Of a stretch of DNA of 32,511 nucleotides, positions 26,011 through 32,511 are shown piece by piece (positions within the stretch are counted from its first letter, which is position 1; every line of letters begins with the position of its first letter). Origin of the DNA: Planctomycetota bacterium (lineage in GTDB: Bacteria; Planctomycetota; B15-G4; JADJEK01). Position numbers and translations under genes: made by a program. The stretch is taken from positions 1-32,511 of the forward strand of contig JBGAIQ010000060.1 of the NCBI GenBank assembly GCA_044225365.1, read 5' to 3'. The notes under the pieces were generated by a model. It had not been told where the DNA came from. It did no database searches and saw only the letters and a list, made by a program, of their open reading frames with translations.

Positions 26011-27777
26011 TTGGACGGGATCTTGTATCTTCTCGGCGTGAACGCATCCCGCCTGCTCCAGTTCCTCGCCCTCGTCGCGCTGATCACGGGCGTCGCAATG
26101 CGCATTCGTGCGATCGACGCCAACCCGTATCCGCACGGCGACGTCCATCTCGACGCCTTGACGCTCCACGAGTACGCCAAGGGCGGCGGTCTCACGACTC
26201 CGATCGAGCGCTCGGTGGTCTATCGACCGCCCACCGAGTCGCGCGCCGGATATCCGCTCGATCAGCATCCGCCCTTGTCGATCCTCCTCGGGGCCGTCAT
26301 GCCCGGCGCAGCGACGAATGCGTACGGGGCCATGCAGAAGGCGTCGCTCCTCGCGTCGTTGCTCCTGCTCGTCGGGATCTTCCTCGTCGGTCTCCGCCTG
26401 ACCACGAAGCAGAACGCGATGTTCGGCGTCGCGGCCGCGGCGGGCTCGTTCGCCCTCGCCGATTTCGGAGGCGACGGCGCGGTCTACACGCTGCATGCCG
26501 CGCTCGCGATGCTGGCCGTTCTCGCGCTCACCTACGTGGAGGAGCGCGGCCTGCTCGCGACGATCGTCGCCGGCGCGCTGCTCGGACTCGCCTACCTCAC
26601 GAACTACCAGGCGCTGGTGCTTCTGCCCGCATCCTGCCTCGCGATCGCGCTCGGTACCGAGGGGGGTGCGTTCTCGAAGGCGTCGCTCGTGCGCGGATCG
26701 GGCCTCGTGATCGGATTCGTTGCGGTGGCCGCCGCGTGGTGGATGCGCAACGTCGAGGTCTTCGGTGATCCGACTTGGTCGGTGAACCCGTTCTACTTCA
26801 AGTGGAAGTTCGGCGGTGCGATGCGGGTCGACGAGAGCGGCGCATTGCCGTTGCTCGCGATCGACTGGCCGGACCCGGTGACGGCGCTGAAGAACCTCCG
26901 CTCGATCCTGCTCGTCAATCTGAGATTCATCGTCTCGCAATCGACGCTCTGGATGGGCGCGTTGCTCCCGCTTTCGTTGTACGGGGCCGGGACCGCGATC
27001 GCCGATGCCCGCAACACGCGCGGCAAGGGATCGGTTGCGCGCTACGCGGTGGGTTTGCTCGCTCTCGGGCATCTCGTCGTGATGGTCGTGTGGCCGGCGT
27101 GCAAGTTCCGCTACTTCGTCCCGCTGCTCGGTTTCATCGCGCCGCTCGCCGCGATCGGGCTCGAGCGACGCATGGGGATGTTCCAGCGCCGACTTCCGCG
27201 CCTCGCGATCGTCGTGGCACTGATGATCGGGCTCGAGATGGTGATCCGCGGTCGAGCCATCGAAGGCTTGATCGTCATCGGCGCCCTCTTCGTCGCCGTT
27301 GTGCCGATCCTGAAGCCGACGGTGTTCAGGCCGGTGTTCGCGCTCTTCTGCTTCCTCGCGATGCAGGCCGTGCTCTATGTCGCCTCGCCCACGCGCTCGA
27401 CGTACTACGACGGAATCCTCGTCGGGGATTCGTTCAAGCGGAAGGACGAGGAAGCGAGCGATCGGAAACGACAGGAAGAGCTCGCGGCAGTTTGCGCGGA
27501 GCTGAGCAGGCGCAACGTCACCGCGGTCATGGGCGACATCGAACTGAAGCACCATGCACTTGCACGCGGCCTCGGACTCACCGTGATCCAGCCGCCCGAG
27601 TTGCAGGACGCAGCTGCGAACGCACGCGCAATCACCGCTGCGCTGAAGCACTATCGCGCGAACTACGTCCTCGTCGAAGGCGAGGAGGCGCGCAACATCG
27701 CGCTCACGTGTCCCGGGGTGGAGGCGACCGACGTCTTGCGGATCGGTTCGTGGGAACTCATTCGGATCGTGCCATGA
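26011..27777 (+). CDS. GT-C membrane glycosyltransferase (ArnT/GT39-like)
   Basis: First-loop HGD, QHPPLSILL, GALLGLAYLTNYQ, WWMRNVEVFGDP, FRYFVPLL; many TMs. Start TTG at 26011 or GTG at 26038. Confidence 0.82.
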   Translation: MDGILYLLGVNASRLLQFLALVALITGVAMRIRAIDANPYPHGDVHLDALTLHEYAKGGGLTTPIERSVVYRPPTESRAGYPLDQHPPLSILLGAVMPGAATNAYGAMQKASLLASLLLLVGIFLVGLRLTTKQNAMFGVAAAAGSFALADFGGDGAVYTLHAALAMLAVLALTYVEERGLLATIVAGALLGLAYLTNYQALVLLPASCLAIALGTEGGAFSKASLVRGSGLVIGFVAVAAAWWMRNVEVFGDPTWSVNPFYFKWKFGGAMRVDESGALPLLAIDWPDPVTALKNLRSILLVNLRFIVSQSTLWMGALLPLSLYGAGTAIADARNTRGKGSVARYAVGLLALGHLVVMVVWPACKFRYFVPLLGFIAPLAAIGLERRMGMFQRRLPRLAIVVALMIGLEMVIRGRAIEGLIVIGALFVAVVPILKPTVFRPVFALFCFLAMQAVLYVASPTRSTYYDGILVGDSFKRKDEEASDRKRQEELAAVCAELSRRNVTAVMGDIELKHHALARGLGLTVIQPPELQDAAANARAITAALKHYRANYVLVEGEEARNIALTCPGVEATDVLRIGSWELIRIVP

Positions 27778-29786
27778 GCCTTGCGGCGGGCGCGCGCGGC
27801 CGGGACGGGAAGTGGCTCGTCGCCCTCGCCGCTCTCGGGTTCATCGCGCTCCTGTTCCTGACGCCCCTCGCGATCGGATTCGGCGCGATCGCGTATCTGA
27901 CCCCGATATTCGCATGCGGCGCGATCCTGCTCGCATTCGCGGGGCTCTCGTTCTCCTTCACGGCGCGACGCGCGGAACCGATTCGGCCGTGGCTGATCGT
28001 CGCCGTGGTACTCCTCGTCGTGGGTTCGCTCCTGCCGTCCCTGCGACGGAGCGTGCCGCTCGATCGCGTGTTCTACCTCGATCGACTCGGCATCCTCTTC
28101 GCGAGCATCCTCTCCTATCTCGGAGCGATCGCAGTGCTGCGGGACGGTCGCGCGCGCGTCCTGCGGAGAGTGCTTCCGCGAGTGCTGCTACTCGGCTGTG
28201 CGATGCATGTCGGGTACGGGCTCTATCGCTACTTCGCGGGCGATCAGGACCGAATGGCGGGGCTCGTCCTGCAGCCGAACTTCTTCGCTTCGATCGTCGC
28301 CGCGTTCGCGTTGCCATCGATCCTTCCGGAACTCGCCCGCCGTAGCCAGCGGAGTCGGGCGGGCCTGGTCGTCGCGAGCGTCGCATTGCTCTGCGCGCTC
28401 CTCTTCTCGGGCTCGCGGGCCGGCGTGCTGCTCACCGTGATCGCGTCGTTCGTCTTCGCCCTCGGAACGCGCGGTGGGCGCAAGCTCGGTTTCTCCATCG
28501 CGGGTGCGGTCGCGCTCGTCGTCGTCGTCCTCGCGACGGTTCCGAATCCGCTGAAGGCGCGCCTCGAGCGCAAGCTCGATCAGAGCTTCCCACGGACGTT
28601 CATCTGGGGCGAGGCCGGAAGGATCGCGCTCGAGCATCCGCTCGGCATCGGGCTCGGGATGCACCAGTACTACTTCGCCCAGCGCGCGTTCATCCCAGCC
28701 GAACCGAGTCTGGCGTATCGCCGGCACGAGATCGGGATCGCGCACGACATCGTATTGGGGTCGGCGGCGGAAGCGGGGATCCTCGGCGGACTCGGTGCGC
28801 TGATCCTCGTTCTGCGATTCCTCGGGCTCGCCGCGACGCGGCGCGGAAGATCGCGATTCCTCGGCAATGCGACGTTGCGCGCGACGACCTGCGCGGCGGG
28901 AACCCTCGTCCTGCATTCGCTGGTGGATGGAGTGGCGCAAAACGTCGTCGCGCTGGGAAGTCTCGTGGTTCTCGCCGCGATGGCCGAAGTCGGACTCGAT
29001 CCATCGCCGCGTCGTGCGCGCAGGAAGAGGAGCGTACGCAGCGTCGCGCTTGCATCGCTCGTCACGGCCGCGATCGCATTCGCGGCGTTGCCCACGTCGC
29101 TCGCATTCCTGACGAGTCGAGCCCTGCGCTCTGGGATGGAAGCCGCTGCGGCTCGCGATTTCGGCGCAGCGCGAGATGCGTTCCTGCTCGCGCGCCGACT
29201 CGTACCGAGCAATGCGCCGGCGGCGCTCTCCTCCGCGATCCTCGCCCAGCGCGAATTCGAACGCACGAAGACCGGTGCGGCCGCGCTCGAGGTGGACTAC
29301 TGGTGTGCCGAACTCGCGCGTGCGAATCCGTTCGACACTCGCGCCTACACGATCGCCGGGGATACGCGGCGCGCGCTCTACTTCTCCGAGGCGAAGGAGG
29401 ATCGCGCTCTCCTGCGCGCGGCTCGGGATCAGTACGACCGCGCGTTGACGTTCGATCCGCTCGATCTGAAGACGCGCCTTCTGCGCATTCGCCTCCATCG
29501 ACTCCTCGGCGACGACGAACTCGCCGTGAGCGACCTCGACGAAGTCCTTCGCATCGAACCCGCGCATCCGCTCGCGCTCGAATCGTACGGCGACTTCGAA
29601 CTGTCCCGCGGCAACCGCGCGGCGGCCCGGGCGCGTTACGTCGCGGCGATCGATGCGTGGCGTGCGGCCCAGGCCGTGCTCTCGGAGGGTCGCTACGGCA
29701 AACTCTCGTACCTCACCGAGATCGTCCTCGGATTCACCCCGGCCGACTGCGAGGAACGCATCCGCAACATCGATGCGGGCCGTTGA
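27774..29786 (+). CDS. O-antigen ligase/oligosaccharyltransferase (Wzy_C) family protein with C-terminal TPR-like region
   Basis: True start is ATG at 27774 (ATGA overlap). RMAGLVLQPNFFA, LLFSGSRAG, R..IW....IALEHPLGIGLG, AHD...AAEAGILG, LHSLVD; TPR-like YDRALTFDP and VLRIEPAHPLAL. Confidence 0.88.
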   Translation: MSLAAGARGRDGKWLVALAALGFIALLFLTPLAIGFGAIAYLTPIFACGAILLAFAGLSFSFTARRAEPIRPWLIVAVVLLVVGSLLPSLRRSVPLDRVFYLDRLGILFASILSYLGAIAVLRDGRARVLRRVLPRVLLLGCAMHVGYGLYRYFAGDQDRMAGLVLQPNFFASIVAAFALPSILPELARRSQRSRAGLVVASVALLCALLFSGSRAGVLLTVIASFVFALGTRGGRKLGFSIAGAVALVVVVLATVPNPLKARLERKLDQSFPRTFIWGEAGRIALEHPLGIGLGMHQYYFAQRAFIPAEPSLAYRRHEIGIAHDIVLGSAAEAGILGGLGALILVLRFLGLAATRRGRSRFLGNATLRATTCAAGTLVLHSLVDGVAQNVVALGSLVVLAAMAEVGLDPSPRRARRKRSVRSVALASLVTAAIAFAALPTSLAFLTSRALRSGMEAAAARDFGAARDAFLLARRLVPSNAPAALSSAILAQREFERTKTGAAALEVDYWCAELARANPFDTRAYTIAGDTRRALYFSEAKEDRALLRAARDQYDRALTFDPLDLKTRLLRIRLHRLLGDDELAVSDLDEVLRIEPAHPLALESYGDFELSRGNRAAARARYVAAIDAWRAAQAVLSEGRYGKLSYLTEIVLGFTPADCEERIRNIDAGR

Positions 29787-29984
29787 ACGGCTCGGCGTAA
29801 ACGGCCGTAACGGCGAATTCCCCAGGGACTCTTGAGCGAATCGCTCGCGATCTTGTAGCTTCGTCCGCCCGCTGCTCCGCCCATGTCGAAGCGCTGGACG
29901 AGGCGAAGGCGGGTCGGATTCGCATCCACGCGGGTGCGGAAGGCGCGCGACCGAGAGAGTCTTGGTCGCGAGGAGTCTGTCGTC

Positions 29985-32021
<2,037 letters not shown>

Positions 32022-32053
32022 TCGCGAACGCAACGAAAGGCTCGGAGGCCGCC

Positions 32054-32392
32054 ATCGACACCAAGGAACTCGCACTCGCCTGTGCCAAGGCTTGTGAAGA
32101 AAAGAAGGCCGAGAACGTGGCGGTTCTCGACGTCAGCAAGAGTCTCGCGATCGCGGACTACTTCCTGGTCGCGACGGGTCGCAACCGGCGGCACCTGAAG
32201 TCCCTCGGCGATGCCGTACGCGACGTCGTCCGCTCCCACAAGAAGCGCGCCGTGCGCGAAGAGGGTTCGGGCGAATCTGGCCGTTGGCTCCTCCTCGATC
32301 TCGGCGACATCATCGTTCACCTCTTCGACGAAGAGGCGCGCCAGTACTACGACATCGACGCCCTCTGGGCCGACGCCCCCCGCGTGAGTTGA
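32054..32392 (+). CDS. rsfS: Ribosome silencing factor (Iojap/RsfS)
   Basis: EKKAENVAVLDVS...IADYFLVATG.N.RH, WLLLDLGDIIVHLFDEEARQYYDIDALWADAP. Start is either ATC at 32054 (after GGAGG) or TTG at 32018. Confidence 0.93.
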   Translation: MDTKELALACAKACEEKKAENVAVLDVSKSLAIADYFLVATGRNRRHLKSLGDAVRDVVRSHKKRAVREEGSGESGRWLLLDLGDIIVHLFDEEARQYYDIDALWADAPRVS

Positions 32393-32404
32393 CCTGCCGG
32401 TCGC

Positions 32405-32511
32405 GGACCGCGTCCGCCGCCGCCGAAACCGGCGGAGACGGATCGCAGCCGCCGCCGCCGAACCGGCGGATACGGATCGCAGCCGCCGCCGCCGAAACCG
32501 GCGGATACGGA
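32405..32511. repeat. REP-like 34-35-bp hairpin tandem array, running off the window end
   Basis: Three units of gg-(accgcgt/atcgcag)-cc-gccgccgccg-a(a)ac-cggcgga(g/t)ac, with the same arms as the array at 4909. Confidence 0.9.

Noticed and set aside
26775-27773. N-terminal extensions in the ORF track (26775, 22818, 16107, 30272, 29883, 9873)
   Set aside because: They overlap neighbouring real genes or lack an RBS. Downstream starts with an SD, ATGA coupling or an N-terminal anchor fit better.

Overview
High-GC bacterial chromosome segment. The giant ECF sigma factors with transmembrane and extracytoplasmic extensions, the FG-GAP protein and the kinase-uridylyltransferase fusion suggest Planctomycetota (inference only). 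Left to right: a truncated FG-GAP repeat gene; an AbiEii-like toxin/antitoxin pair whose toxin appears internally deleted; an ECF sigma-TM-ectodomain fusion in a ~3.2 kb segment bounded by a duplicated 3' end of the neighbouring gene and by 35-bp REP-like hairpin repeats; a GHMP-kinase/UDP-sugar pyrophosphorylase fusion; a lower-GC island with two paralogous secreted 12-cysteine mini-proteins and a membrane-anchored beta-sandwich protein; an ECF/anti-sigma-like/TPR operon divergent from an M16 peptidase lipoprotein; a second ECF fusion; an alpha/beta hydrolase lacking its catalytic Ser and His; a PilGHI-like ABC cluster with GT-C and O-antigen-ligase-like genes; hppA; rsfS; and another REP-like array. 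The best candidate for an undescribed system is the 12-Cys mini-protein pair with its putative receptor, set among ECF modules that reuse a similar ectodomain, one of which has a strong internal in-frame ribosome-binding site. All family calls come from motif reading, not database searches.
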